From Octopus sinensis (taxonomy: Eukaryota): DNA of 64,000 nucleotides. The notes beneath the pieces are model-generated. The model did no database searches, was not told the origin of the DNA, and saw nothing but the letters and a program-made list of their open reading frames with translations. Within the stretch, counting starts at the first letter, position 1. Each line of letters starts with the position of its first letter. The translations under genes and the position numbers were made by a program. Below are positions 49,831-62,349 of the stretch, piece after piece. The DNA is taken from contig NC_043018.1 of assembly GCF_006345805.1 (NCBI RefSeq), positions 14,570,001 through 14,634,000 on the forward strand, written 5' to 3'.

Positions 49831-51021
49831 AGGTGCACGAGCCTGTGCATGGCGTATATGTAATACACACACAATCACTCATGTCTATTTGTGCAGATCT
49901 AGGTTATCTGGTCACTTGTTTGACTATCATTAAGAAGAGACGGAGGTCAAGAAATGTAGGTACAATTTCGCAATAGACAACAGATTTTTGCAATGTACCA
50001 AACTAGTGTAAATATAGAGGTGTAACTCTTCTGTAGCTACATTGGTTTGTAAAATGTACAAAAGCACTATGCAATTTATAGCATACATACTAGTGCAGAC
50101 ATGTAATATGATTTATCATTCACTAAAATAAATTAATTTTGCCTGATGATTGCTGCGAAACGGCCGTCATCCTATAGATATCAACTAGTGAAATAAATAT
50201 ATTAATTTCATACCTCCTGATATATATAGATATGACCCCACTTCTATTCGCTACATTAATTATTAAGTAATCATGGCTGTTCTGCCTGGTATTGGATCCA
50301 AAGGAGAGCAACGTTTAGTGATCTGTTTACAGATGGATTTCAGCGCAATATGACAACAGAATAATGGATTGTTGATGAATGGATTGAGAATTTCAGAATG
50401 TTAGCAAAAATGCAACACTGACTGAGTAGTCAGTCGCCTCCTGTACTGTTGATAACATTAAACGAAGCCATGACATGTTTCTGTTGAAGAGACAGATAAG
50501 AATTGAGGAAGAGGCAAATAATATACAAATTGGTTATTACTCTTAAAGCATCGACGACATATTTGGCACTAATAATGTATGTACAAGATTGATCTCAAGA
50601 CTTCTCAGAGAATTGTGCATGCGCAATTATTTCCAAATTTGAATTGTTGTGGCTACGAAGGTGACATCTTGGGCAAAAATCTTCGCTTGTTACGAAATAT
50701 CATAATAAATCGGAGAATAAATGCCAGAAAATGGGATGTAAACATCCGCGATCGTCTCGTTGCTAAAAGTCCACAATTCAGTTAACAACAGGAAAAACGT
50801 TGCTGACAAATTTTTGAATCAAGGATCTAAACTGAAGCATTACCAAGAAAAGAGTCCGACACTTAACACTCCACTTCTTATCAAGATGAAGTAAAAACCA
50901 ATCGAAAAGCTGTACAACAATGCATATCCTTATAACGCTGCTTACATTACTGAAATTGTTTCCAGAATTTGAAATCCATGATATTGGGGGTAACCTTTAA
51001 AACGTCTTGACTTCGTATACC

Positions 51022-51255
51022 TATTTCTTTACTACCGACAAGGGGCTAAACACAGAGGGGACAAACAAGGACAGACAAACCGATTGAGTCGATTACAACG
51101 ACCCCAGTGAGTAACTGGTACATATTTAATCGACCCCGAAAGGATGAAAGGCAAAGTCGACGTCAGCGGAATTTGAACTCAGAACGTAGCGTCAGACGAA
51201 ATACGGCTACGCATTTCGCCCGGCGTGCTAACGATTCTGCCATCTCACCGCCTTA
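51022..51255 (-). mobile_element. SINE D, full length
   Basis: 15-bp TSD TTGACTTCGTATACC at 51007 and 51256. Confidence 0.93.
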
Positions 51256-51527
51256 TTGACTTCGTATACCAGTTTTCTTCATCTGTCCTAGTTGTGTGCC
51301 AGAGTTTAGGTCTCGGCTAATGCTTTGCTTATCCATTCCTTGATGCTGACTGTCCATCCTTACCTCTGTCTATGGCTCTTTTTATACTCTGAGACCTTGT
51401 TATATAATTGTAATCCCAGTTTTTTCTTCACGTTTGTGAGATCTTCATGAAGGATAATGTGATGCAAAATGGTTTCGCGAACTCGTTCATTTAAGATGTC
51501 TAAGTTCGATATGTGTAAGATGCCTAA

Positions 51528-51789
51528 AAATAAAAATAAATGCGCCCTTTTAAAGCCTAACCAGGCTCATGGGCCCGGTTTCCCGATTTCTATGGCGTAT
51601 GTGTTCCCCAGCTGGACGGGACGCTAGTCCATCGCAGCGTTACTCATTTTTGCCAGCTGAGTGGACTGGAGCGACGTGAAATGAAGTGTTTTGCTCAAGA
51701 ACACAACGCGTCGCCCCGTCCAGGAGTCGAAACCACAATCTTACGATCATGGTGCTGACACCCTAACCACTAAGCCACACGCCTCCACC
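51528..51789 (-). mobile_element. SINE C, full length
   Basis: 12-bp TSD TAAGATGCCTAA at 51516 and 51790. Confidence 0.93.
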
Positions 51790-53479
51790 TAAGATGCCTA
51801 ACATAATATTTAATTCACAATGGCTGCAGTTTCGTCTAGTTGAATTTTGGTATTACTTGTCTTGTGTGGATGATCTTGCTGATGGTAGGATAATTGTGGC
51901 GAAGTTGTGGATTTGCTTTCTTGTGACGCTGAATGGTGGGCACCAAAATATCATCCCCCACCACACCACACCACACCACCAGACTGCACAAAGATGGAAC
52001 AAGACTGGAGTAAATGAGCTTTTCCAGGTGCAGACCTTGTTAGGATGAGCTCTAGGGTGCACTTAAAAAGAAACAACGAATAAAAAGTATTGGGACTGAG
52101 GTTCCATCTCACAAAGCTGAAAGACCTTGCTATTGGTGAAGAATTTTCGGCAACGTTTGGTGGAAACTTGTCCTGTTACTCCTCCTCAAAACTTCAACAG
52201 ACGAGGTTAATGCGATGATAGACAGCAAGGGAGGTTCAGAAAATAATTCGACGTACAGCCCAAACCATGGGTTATAAATGATTTTTTGGACATTTATGAT
52301 AAACAGAAGAAAGTAGAGGGTGGATAAGAACACAGTTGCAGAAAGAACACAAGAACAATAAGGAAATTAAGGAAATAATTTAAAGGAAGAAACACAAAGA
52401 TGGCTAACCGAACAATGTGAAAATATTGATGATACGAAACACACAAACACGCATGCACGCATACACACATACACACACATACACACACACGCATACACAC
52501 CCTCACACATACATGTACAGACATACACACACATATACACATACATGTACACACATACACACACACATGCACACATACATACATGCACACATACATGTAC
52601 ACACATACATGTACACACATACACGTACACACATACAAACACATACACACATCCAAACACATACGCTCTCTTTCTTTCTCTCTCTCTCTCTAACACACAC
52701 ATTCTCTTATATATATATATATATATATATACTCCGGGGTATGGGCACCCTAGCCTTTGCTCCTGTTCAAATGGGTTGATTACTGTTGTATTGTGATTTG
52801 TCATACGAAGCACTCAGCAAAACTAATTGACTTTTTTCTGAGAGGCTTGTTTACCAGTCATTTAGTTATTTTATCTCATTAATAGTGTTTCAGATATGTA
52901 TTTTTATATATATTTGACAATAACACCTCAACCTCACTACTTCCACATCTTTCTTTGGCTTTGCTTAACATTTCCCCATGATGTTTAATATCTTTAATCA
53001 AGTCAGCCACCCACTAGAGGTCACGCTGAAGAGAAAGAAAAAAAAAGGAAAAGAAAGAAAAACGAAAAAAACACTAAATTATCATTTAGAAACGAAACAA
53101 AAATATACATGTTTGTTGTTGCAAACATCATCATTATCATCGTCATCATCGTCGTCATCATCATCACCATCGTCGTCGTCGTCGTCATCATCATCATCGT
53201 CGTCGTCGTCATCATCGTCATCATATCATCATCATCATCAACAACAACAACAATAACAACAACCACAACAGTAGCAACAACAATAATCCTGTGTTCATAA
53301 AGATTCACAGTATGGTCGTATGATGTGACGATGTATCCACGCAGCAAAATTACTCATAGTAATGAAACAAACAACATTACACATATGTATTCTATGACAC
53401 GCATCTCTCTCTCCCTCCCTACACACACACACACACACACATACGAGGAGCAGGAAAGAAGTGTGGAAAATTATGACGT

Positions 53480-54355
53480 ATCAAGTCATCCCATAAGTTC
53501 TGTCCGATTTTGCCTTTTTTAAAAATTGAATGAAATTTAATAGTATTTTAGAATGTCTAATGGAATTAAAAATTATTTTTATGCATTTGCGTACATTTAA
53601 ATTAATTAAATATTATTTTACAAAATAATAGAATTAAAATTTCTTTGATTAAAACCTTTTCTAACATGGAAGTATCCAAAGAGCATTTGAGGCACTTAAT
53701 GCTTTATGAGTACAAAAAAAGCAAAGTCTGCAACCGAAGCGACTCGAAACATACTCTCAGTTTATGGGAAAGAATGCTTGAATGAAAGAACTTGCAGAAG
53801 ATGCTTTGCAAAATTCGGAAGTGGAGATTTCAGTCTTGAAGATGAAGTTCGAACAGGACGTCCAGTTGAGATTGATGATAAGCTCCTTGAGGCGTTACTT
53901 GAAGAAAATCCTGCATTATCAGTTGAAGAATTGGCAATAAAGCTTAGTTCAAACCATACAACTGTTTATCGTCATCTTCAATAACTTGGAAAGGTTCCTA
54001 AACTTGGAAAATGGATGACTCGTGAATTGTCCGAAAGCAACCGCAAATCCTAAGTTGACATCTGCTCTTCTCTCCATTCTCGCGAACTCATTTCACACTT
54101 TTTGGATAGACTTCTGACTGGTGACGAAAATGAATCTTCTATCGAAATGCTAAATGTCTCACTACAAGTGAGAAGGGAACTTCATGGGAAAAAGTTCTTC
54201 TCTCTATCTGGTGGGATTGCAAAGGAGTAATTCACTTCAGACTACAATTTGTTTCGTAGTTTACAGAATCATTTGGGAGACATAACTTTCGCAAGCCAGG
54301 AGGAGGTCGAAACTGACATTTCAGAGTTCTTCGCTTTGCAACCAAAAGAGTTTTA
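53480..54355 (+). mobile_element. Mariner (cecropia/Hsmar1-like) element, internally deleted and decayed
   Basis: ATG 53666 MEVSKEHLRHLMLYE..SATEATRNI..FAKF.SGDFSLEDE.RTGRP..LGKV.KLGKW..LLTGDE. Confidence 0.88.
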
Positions 54356-54495
54356 CACCACCACCACCACCAAAGTCAGCAACAACCCCCAACAACAACA
54401 ACAACAACAATCCTAATTGTCTACTCTGTTTCTTCCCTTTATATTACCAATGCCATGTTTGAACGTGTAGGCGCTGTAGTAGTAGCAGTAGTAGT

Positions 54496-54533
<38 letters not shown>

Positions 54534-55272
54534 TACATAGTTAACATCATCTCTATTTCTCTGTTTACTTCCAACCATTTATATAACGTCCTCTTCTCAC
54601 CTAAATATCACAAAAACTCGTCTATTTATTGCCAAAACCACATTCTTGCCATTGTCTTATGATTTAAAACTTTTGTTTAATATTTGTTTTGTTATTTTTT
54701 TTTTCCTTAATAAACTTTTGGTTTGATGCCTTTATTGTAACTCGTTCCAATATATTTATTCACATCATTTGCAGCATATATTCCTTTTCTTATGCCTATA
54801 CATTTCGTAAAAAGTTTCTTCAGCTCAAGCAACATTCTTATGCTTCTTACCACGATTCTTCCTTCAAAATTCCATACTAATGTCAATATCATAGACAACA
54901 TACTTTTGTCTCAAATTGTTTCTTTGTTTTCTTATACAATAAAAATACTTTCATTTACACCAACCAAGTTATTTCTCCGTAAAAGGGCTCAACCCGAACC
55001 ATTACATGTTTCTACGTGTCGCACCAGGTATCTCTCTAGACAACGGATGTACACGAAAACAAAGACAATTCCGGTACAGAATATTAATTTGGCATAAATA
55101 TTTCGCAGTACCATATTTCCGGGGGGGGGGTCATATTTGTTGATTAATGCTTTTGCCCCATTTATTACAGACTCACTCTGATAATTTTACTAAATTAGGT
55201 TGTATATATAGGTGTTTTACATATGTCAAAGAAACCATAATAATGCGTGGGCCGCAAGAAGTCTTATATTAC

Positions 55273-55757
55273 CTATTTCTTTACTACCCACAAGGGGCTA
55301 TACACAGAGGGGACAAACAAGGACAGAAAAACGGATTAAGCTGATTACATCGACCCCAGTGCGTAACTGGTGCTTAATTTATCGACCCCGAAAGGATGAA
55401 AGGCAAAGTCGACCTCGGCGGAATTTGAACCCAGAACGTAACGGCAGACGAAATACCACTAAGCATTTCATCCGGCGTGCTAACGTTTCTGCCAGCTCGC
55501 CGCCTTAAGAAGTTTTATATTACCTATTTCTTTACTACCCACAAGGGGCTATACACAGAGGGGACAAACAAGGACAGACAAACGGATTAAGCTGATTACA
55601 TCGACCCCAGTGCGTAACTGGTGCTTAATTTATCCACCCCGAAAGGATGAAAGGCAAAGTCAACCTCAGCGGAATTTGAACTCAGAACGTAACGGCAGAC
55701 GAAATACCACTAAGCATTTCACCCGGCGGGCTAACATTTCTGCCAGCTCGCCGCCTT
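55273..55757 (-). mobile_element. Head-to-tail tandem dimer of SINE D
   Basis: Two 234-bp copies with a 251-bp period; AAGAAGT(C/T)TTATATTAC at 55256, 55507 and 55758. Confidence 0.93.
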
Positions 55758-56910
55758 AAGAAGTCTTATATTACTGTTAAGCGTTTTACCTGCATGTGTA
55801 GTGCATATAAACATTTTTCGTGTTAGTAGTTGAAGAATTACCACCAAGAATAAAGAAGAATATCAGAACTCTTGCTTTTAATAATTGTTATTGGTAACTT
55901 ATTTTTGAGCTTTCACATTTTTAAAAGGGAGAGATCAGAAATCTAAATAGGAATAAATTATTTACCGAAAACAAGCAATATCTCAATGACTAATATTATT
56001 CCAAGTATTTTAGCAATAATGGGACGCAACTTTATATGTGTTTCGGTATTATTATGCCTCTTCAGTTTAGCACAGGCTTTGTAATCAGCCTCAGGGATTT
56101 ATATTTTTGTATATTTATTGTAGGTCAATTACATTATGAGTTTCAACAACCTCGATCTGAAGTAGTGCAGCCTCCACTTAATATAATAATGTTAGAGAAA
56201 TTAAGATTTTCATTGAAAACTTGAAAATATCCTCCTTCTTTAAATGATTCTGGTTTTTATGCAAAATGAAGTGCAGTATATTTTGCAAATCCTATCCATT
56301 ATCCTCTCAGGATATTAAGCATCTCAATGAGATATTCGTGTAATCTCCTCATCTTAAGTGTTATTAACTCAATTTTTATGTGTCTGTTCTGAAACACAGT
56401 TTGAGATTCAATTTTAGAGAATTGTTCCCATGGAAACAAAAATCTACCGAGATCTACAAACTTTGAAGACACGGCGTTGAGAACTGATTAACTTTTGTTT
56501 TATTTAATGGCTCACCCAGACAGAAAAGGGCTGCACCGATGATCTTTTCACAGAACTTCCGAAATTAGCGGTGGGGTGAGGAAGAAAGCTGACCCCAGAT
56601 TGAAGTCCCGACCCAACATACTTGCAACAGATTGGATGTCGCTAACGTGCCACATGGTTGAATTAAACCGGGAGACGCTCTAAGTCTGGCTGAATAGACC
56701 TCATTTAAAATCAAGGAGGTTTTCAATTTCACAATAATTACCCCACACTGGATAAGAGAAAAGCGACCTCGGTCCTTTTGATAACACTATAAGTAGACAT
56801 ACATTCATAAATACATACATACATACATGCAAATATATTATATTATGTTAGCTCATTCATATCATGTCATATTATATTATTTTATATTATATTATATTCA
56901 TCGTCATCGT

Positions 56911-57272
56911 CGTGGCATTCCGTCGGTTACGACGACGGGGATTCCAGTCGATTCGATCAACGGAACAGCCTGCTCGTGAAATGAACGTGCGAGTGACTGA
57001 GCGCTCCACAGACACGTGTACCCTTAACGTAGTTCTCGGGGGAGATTCAGCGTGACTCAAAGTGTGACAAGGCTGGCCCTTTGAAATACAGGTACAACAG
57101 AAACAGGAAGAAAGAGAGAGAAAAGTTGCGGTGAAAGAGTACAGTAGGGGTTCGCTACCACCACTGCCGGAGCCTCGTGGAGCTTTAGGTGTTTTCACTC
57201 AATAAACACTCACAACGCCCTGTCTGGGAATCGAAACCGCGATCCTACGACCGCGAGTCCGCTGCTCTAACC
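56911..57272 (-). mobile_element. SINE B
   Basis: Family B body and tail; 5' end of the head is clipped. Confidence 0.9.
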
Positions 57273-57399
57273 CCTCCTCTATTATATTACATATACACAG
57301 TCATGCAAAGATACACATCCAATACTTCGTATTAAACTAATTATCAAATTTGTTTAGAAATAATTATAATTTTGAGTGCGGGAAAGTCACTATTGTGGT

Positions 57400-57590
57400 T
57401 GCTATTGTTTAGCCCCAGGGCAGCTCTGATTGAGAGTACCCATGATTAAAGGCATTCCGATTGTGACCATCCAGTCGTAGAAATGGTATACCCAAGACTA
57501 CATTATGAAATGAGTGACTTTTTAAAACATTAGGTGGTTATTTAAGGGAGATTTACCTAGTTGCTATTTCTAACTGGTAGAGTTACCAGA
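57400..57590 (-). mobile_element. Old SINE-like family G
   Basis: TTGTTTTAGCCCCAGG...GGGAGATTT..GCTATTTCTA. Confidence 0.55.
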
Positions 57591-58189
57591 TAGAGGCCCA
57601 GTTTTACAATACTGACTTCGTTGCGATCAACATAAAACATATCGCTCCTTCTGGTAACGATTTATGCTGACTTTATTTCGTTTATGTCTTGCAGGAGAGA
57701 TAACAAAAAGAAGCCATTTTCTATTGTGCTCATTGTGATTTGTCTGGAATATGATTTAAAAGATTATGGCTTATTCACAGTAACATAAATAGTACCTCTG
57801 TCCTATTCCAGAGTATAAATTTCAGAGGTTCTATTCCAATTTAGTATCAGACAGCTAACCCTAAATTCCAAACGTGGCCCGAATGCTGTCAGGTCGTTGG
57901 TGTTATACGATTGCAATTTATAGTTGAAATTGATTCACTTGGTGAAATTGTTAGGAAAATTCTACTCGACATTCAGTCTTTTTTTCATTCCACTTTAAAT
58001 TGTTAAAAGTAAAGTGTTCCACAATAATAACAACTTTGAAACTTTGGACAATGTGGTTGTTTTTTACTGTAGCACTACTGAGATTATTACTAGAATTTCT
58101 CACTAAGATTTACACTATTAACTAAACTAGCATTTAAAATGGGAAGGAAGTAGTTGGTGGTAATTGTGAACACCATACTTTGTATCCAA

Positions 58190-58400
58190 GAGCCGCTCTA
58201 ACGATCTAAGTAGACGTTATGCGGTCGCTTGACCTACAAGAAGTGGCAATCAAATCTCCCTCAAATCAAGTCCTGCTATCTTAAACAAAAGTGAATCTAT
58301 TGGACATTGTAATGTCTGTAGTCTGTATCAGGTGTCGTGGTCACCTCTTGAAACTCTTTGGTCACTTTGGGATCACTTGTGGTTAAACAGCAACTTCATC
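58190..58400 (+). mobile_element. Old SINE-like family G
   Basis: GGTCGCTTGACC..AGAAGTGGCAATCAAATCTCCCTCAAATCA...GGTTAAACAGCAAC. Confidence 0.5.
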
Positions 58401-58430
58401 ATCATTATTATCAACAACAACAACAGCAGT

Positions 58431-58541
58431 GTGGAGGCGCAATGGCCTAGTGGTTAGGGCAGCGGACTCGCGGTCGTAAGAACGCGGTTTCGATTCCCAA
58501 ACCGGGCATTGTGAGTGTTTATTGAGCAAAAACACCTAAAG
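58431..58541 (+). mobile_element. SINE B, head only
   Basis: GTGGAGGCGCAATGGCCTAGTGG...AACACCTAAAG. Confidence 0.88.
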
Positions 58542-59450
58542 TTTACTGAAATTTGTTCTTGAATCCCAAGCAATAATATAGTACAGAAAAAAATTATGAA
58601 AGCGCGATTTTTTAAGGTGCCTTTGATACAATAGGAACAGCTATTTTAAACATTATTTCATAAAATTATTGGGCTTATTCAGAATTTAAAATTTTAGAAT
58701 CATGAAAACTTTTTGCATTTCAGCCAAAGATATATTTCCAGATATTTCGTCATTTGCAACATTGGAACTGTTGACGAACCATCAATTCTACTTTCGACCT
58801 TTTCTTATGGGGCTTTAATGATATATTAAAATAGGTCAACATCCAGAAATTGAGGAGGAAACTGACGATGGTCTGCGTTTGCAAAAATCAGTCAGTCTAA
58901 TGTTCATAAGATTGGTAAATTTTATTCGAAGAAAAGTGGGGATTGTGGAATATAAAGTGTCCACGCTCTGGTCCTTCACCTGAGAATAAGGAAATTAGGA
59001 AATGAATAAGTTTAGGGATATTTTTCATTGGAAGAGGAATGATTAAGCAAGAGGGATGATGAAAGATGGCAAGAAAACAAGGGGACCAGATGAACGAAGG
59101 AGAAGTGCCAGGAAGTAAGAAAGGCAAGTAGACTGGTGCAGTAATTCAGCGAACCATGAATATACAGGGACGACACCAGATTAAACGATTAAGGGAGAAG
59201 TAGGAGAGATTAACGATATAGAGGCGGAAGAAAAGTCGCCAAATGTGGAAGGGAAGGGAAACCTATTGGCAAACACACAAATACACCGATACATAGATAC
59301 ATATATGGGTCTGTGTGCATATATACATACATATATATATATATACATATACACACACACAAACTGGAAGCAGACTGGATGAGCACTAGACTCAACGGTA
59401 CCACTCGTATATGTAACTGTACATACCAGATATATACTATACACACTCTC

Positions 59451-59489
<39 letters not shown>

Positions 59490-59512
59490 TTAGCCACTAC
59501 ACACATTTTTTT

Positions 59513-59617
59513 CTCGAAACGTAAAAGACTTTTTCTATTCCTGAGCATTATACTAATACATCTGTTTGTTTTGTACACCACCTGTCTTTGTCTTTTGTTT
59601 TTTTCGTAAACTCTCCC

Positions 59618-59620
<3 letters not shown>
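59513..59620 (+). mobile_element. Penelope-type terminal-repeat fragment, same family as 44740-44850
   Basis: CTCGAAACGTAAAAGACTTTTT..CTAATACATCTGTTTGTT..TACACCACCTGTCTT..CTCCCTAT. Confidence 0.7.
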
Positions 59621-59666
<46 letters not shown>

Positions 59667-59834
59667 TATAACGTGGGTATACACGGTCCGGTGTAAAACA
59701 GTATTACACAAATAAATAGATGGTTGAGTTTATCCAATGGCAGAACAATATATGTTAATACAGGACGCACTCCGTACTACTCCAACGTAGATATGCAATA
59801 TTCAGTATTCTACTGTTCAACTGCCGACTACGGT

Positions 59835-59975
59835 TCGGCAAAAGAAACCGATAGAACGAGCACTATGCTTTAAAAAATAAATCCTGGGGTCGATTTGTTC
59901 AGCTAATAACCCTTCAAGGCGGTGCTCCAGTTTGGCCACAGTCTAATGACTGAAACAAGTAAAATAGTAAAAGAG
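59835..59975 (+). mobile_element. SINE A 3' tail fragment
   Basis: GGTTCGGCAAAAGAAACCGATAGAA...GACTGAAACAAGTAAAA. Confidence 0.8.
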
Positions 59976-60394
59976 CAAAGGCTAAAATATCGAATGTAGC
60001 CTTTCCGTTTTTGAGAGTTGGGTGTCATTTGAGAGAGGTCTAGATATTAATTCTAGAGATACCCACATTGACTCGTATGACGAAAGATTTGTGGGTGGCG
60101 TTGATTAGAACATGATCATTCTCGATCCTCGGCTACCCTGGTCTATTTCAGACGTAATTCATCTAAGATCACATTCTCCAGTGCGCCTTTCTCCTTTTTA
60201 AGATTATAGGGCACATTTTAAGGGAATTCCTTCAGTTATTCCAGAGAGTGAAGCAGCCACATTAAAGCGCTATCTTTGGTTTGAAATAGCTTCAAGTGGA
60301 AACGAAACTCGATCTGGTGCGGTTCAGCTTCAACTTAATTGCAAGTCTTAACTGTTCACCACTTGGAATCGGAGAGGGAAGAAAACAAAGTAAA

Positions 60395-60760
60395 TATGCA
60401 GTTCTATATTTAAGAGGTGAGGAATTATGTACTTTATTTACATTATTTACTTTATTTACATTATGTACTTTATTTACATTATGTACTTTATTTACATTAT
60501 GTACTTTATTTACATTATGTACTTTATTTACATTATGTACTTTATTTACATTAGACGGATATTTATCCTCACCTTGTTTGTTGTTAACACAACATTTCAG
60601 CTGGTACACCCTCCAGCCTCCATCAGGTGTCTTGGGGAAATTTCGAACCTGGGTTCTCATTCCTAAGGTATTTTTCCATGTTGTTGTTGTTGTTGTTGTT
60701 ATTATTATTATTATTCAGGTCACTGCCTGGAATCGAACTCGGAATCTTGGGGGTTAGTAC
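60395..60760 (-). mobile_element. Family E hammerhead-bearing repeat (copy 2), with an 18-bp tandem expansion in its tail
   Basis: Reverse strand: B-box GAGTTCGATTCC, (AAT)n, GACAC-CTGATGG-AGGCTG..CAGCT-GAAAT-GTT-GTGTT (60586-60631), then (AATGTAAATAAAGTACAT) x~7 at 60425-60552. Confidence 0.88.
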
Positions 60761-60980
60761 ATTCCGAGTTCAATTCCAGGCAATGACCTGAACAATAATA
60801 ATAATAATCATAATAATAATAACAACATTGAAAAATACCTTAGGAATGAGAACCCAAGTTCGAAATTTTCCCAAGACACCTGATGGAGGCAGGAGGGTAT
60901 ATCAGCCGAAACGTTGTGTTAACAACAAACAAGATGAGGACAAATATCCGTCAAATGTAAGTAATGTAAATAATGTAAAG
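60761..60980 (+). mobile_element. Family E hammerhead-bearing repeat (copy 3), head-to-head with copy 2
   Basis: ATTCCGAGTTCAATTCC, (AAT)n, GACAC-CTGATGG-AGGCAG..CAGCC-GAAAC-GTT-GTGTT (60875-60920). Confidence 0.88.
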
Positions 60981-61108
60981 AAAATATGACTTGGCCTATC
61001 TATTACTGTGATATATTATAGCTGAACAAATGCCAGGGAAATAAATTTCTCATTCTTTAATTGTGAGATCTCTTACTCTAACTATAGCAGTGGTATATCT
61101 TGGTCTAT

Positions 61109-61593
61109 CCATTGCTGTTAGGCGTCGCAGGTTTCTGCACCCACCTCGAAACAACAAGGTTGGACAGAAGGGACGGTAAAAGGCTAGACGGCATGACAGT
61201 TCTCCCGTTCCGTGGTGGTAGGCCTCTCGTCTGGGAACTTACATGCTGCGACATCGCCCAGGGACAACCTGGTGTGTTCGACCGCCAACCCAAGCATTGC
61301 TGCTCGTCAACCCGAGAAGGGCAAAATGTCAAAGTATCTGTTGCTCTCAATCAAATGTGTTGTCGAGCCTGTGGCAGGGAAGACTTCCAGCGTTCATGAC
61401 CCCACCCCCGGACTACATCCTTGCTCACTGCTATCGAGGCAGAGAGAGATTGCTATCTGCAAGTGTGAGCCCCGAAAGTTGGATTAGCTGTTCAAGTGCG
61501 TCTCTCTCGCCATCCTCCGGGACCACGCCTTTTCCGTTTTGCCCACCGGGACAGTGAGGCGGACTGAGAAGTCTTTTGCCTCTTAAATAAAAT
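61109..61593 (+). mobile_element. CRE-like RLE non-LTR retrotransposon, 3' end
   Basis: LDRRDGKRLDGMTVLPF..GRPLVWELTCCD / A..A.RQ.EK.K.SKY....EPVA.KT..EPR..LF..VSLAILR..A.SVL; ends in TTAAATAAAAT. Confidence 0.8.
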
Positions 61594-61752
61594 GTCTATT
61601 AACACAACAGATCTATTCCCCGTAAATACTCATTGTAATATTGAAGATATAATTCTTCAGAATGCCCGACCAATTCCATCTCTGTCAGTATTGTTTAGCT
61701 AGCTAGAAGATTCCGCACAACCGTTGTTATTGCTGTCTTACACTCTATAACA

Positions 61753-62103
61753 GTGGTGGCACTCCGTCGGTTACGACGACGACAGTTCCATTTGATCCAA
61801 CGGAACAGCCTACTCGTGAAATGGACGTTCAAGAGGCTGAGCACTCCACAGACACATGTACCCTAAACGTACTTCTCGGGGAAATTCAGCGTGACGCAGA
61901 GTGTGACAAGGCTGACCCTTTGAAATACAGGTACAACAGAAACAATAAGAAAGAGTGAGAGAAAGAGCACAGCAGGATTCGCCACCACCCACTGTCGGAG
62001 CATCGTGGAGCTTTAGGTGTTTTCGCTCAATAAACACAACGCCCGGTCTGGGAATCGAAACCGCGAGTCCACTGCTCTAACCACTGGGTCATTGCGCCTC
62101 CAC
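61753..62103 (-). mobile_element. SINE B
   Basis: Family B, near full length. Confidence 0.9.
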
Positions 62104-62214
62104 TCATTATAACTGTAATATATCGTTGTATATATATATATATCTATAATTGGGATATGCCATAGTATATTTGCTTCAAATTTTGGCACGAGGTTAGCAA
62201 TTTCGGTAGAAGAA

Positions 62215-62345
62215 ATAAATCGATTACATCGATCCCAGTGCTCAACTGGTACTTATTTTATCGACCCCAAAAGGACGAAAGGCAAAGTCGACCTCGGTGG
62301 CATTTGAAAAAGCGTAATGCATTTTGCCCGGCGATCTAACGAGTC
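62215..62345 (-). mobile_element. SINE D fragment
   Basis: TCGATTACATCGA..CTGGTACTTA..GGCAAAGTCGACCTCGG. Confidence 0.8.
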
Positions 62346-62349
62346 TGTC

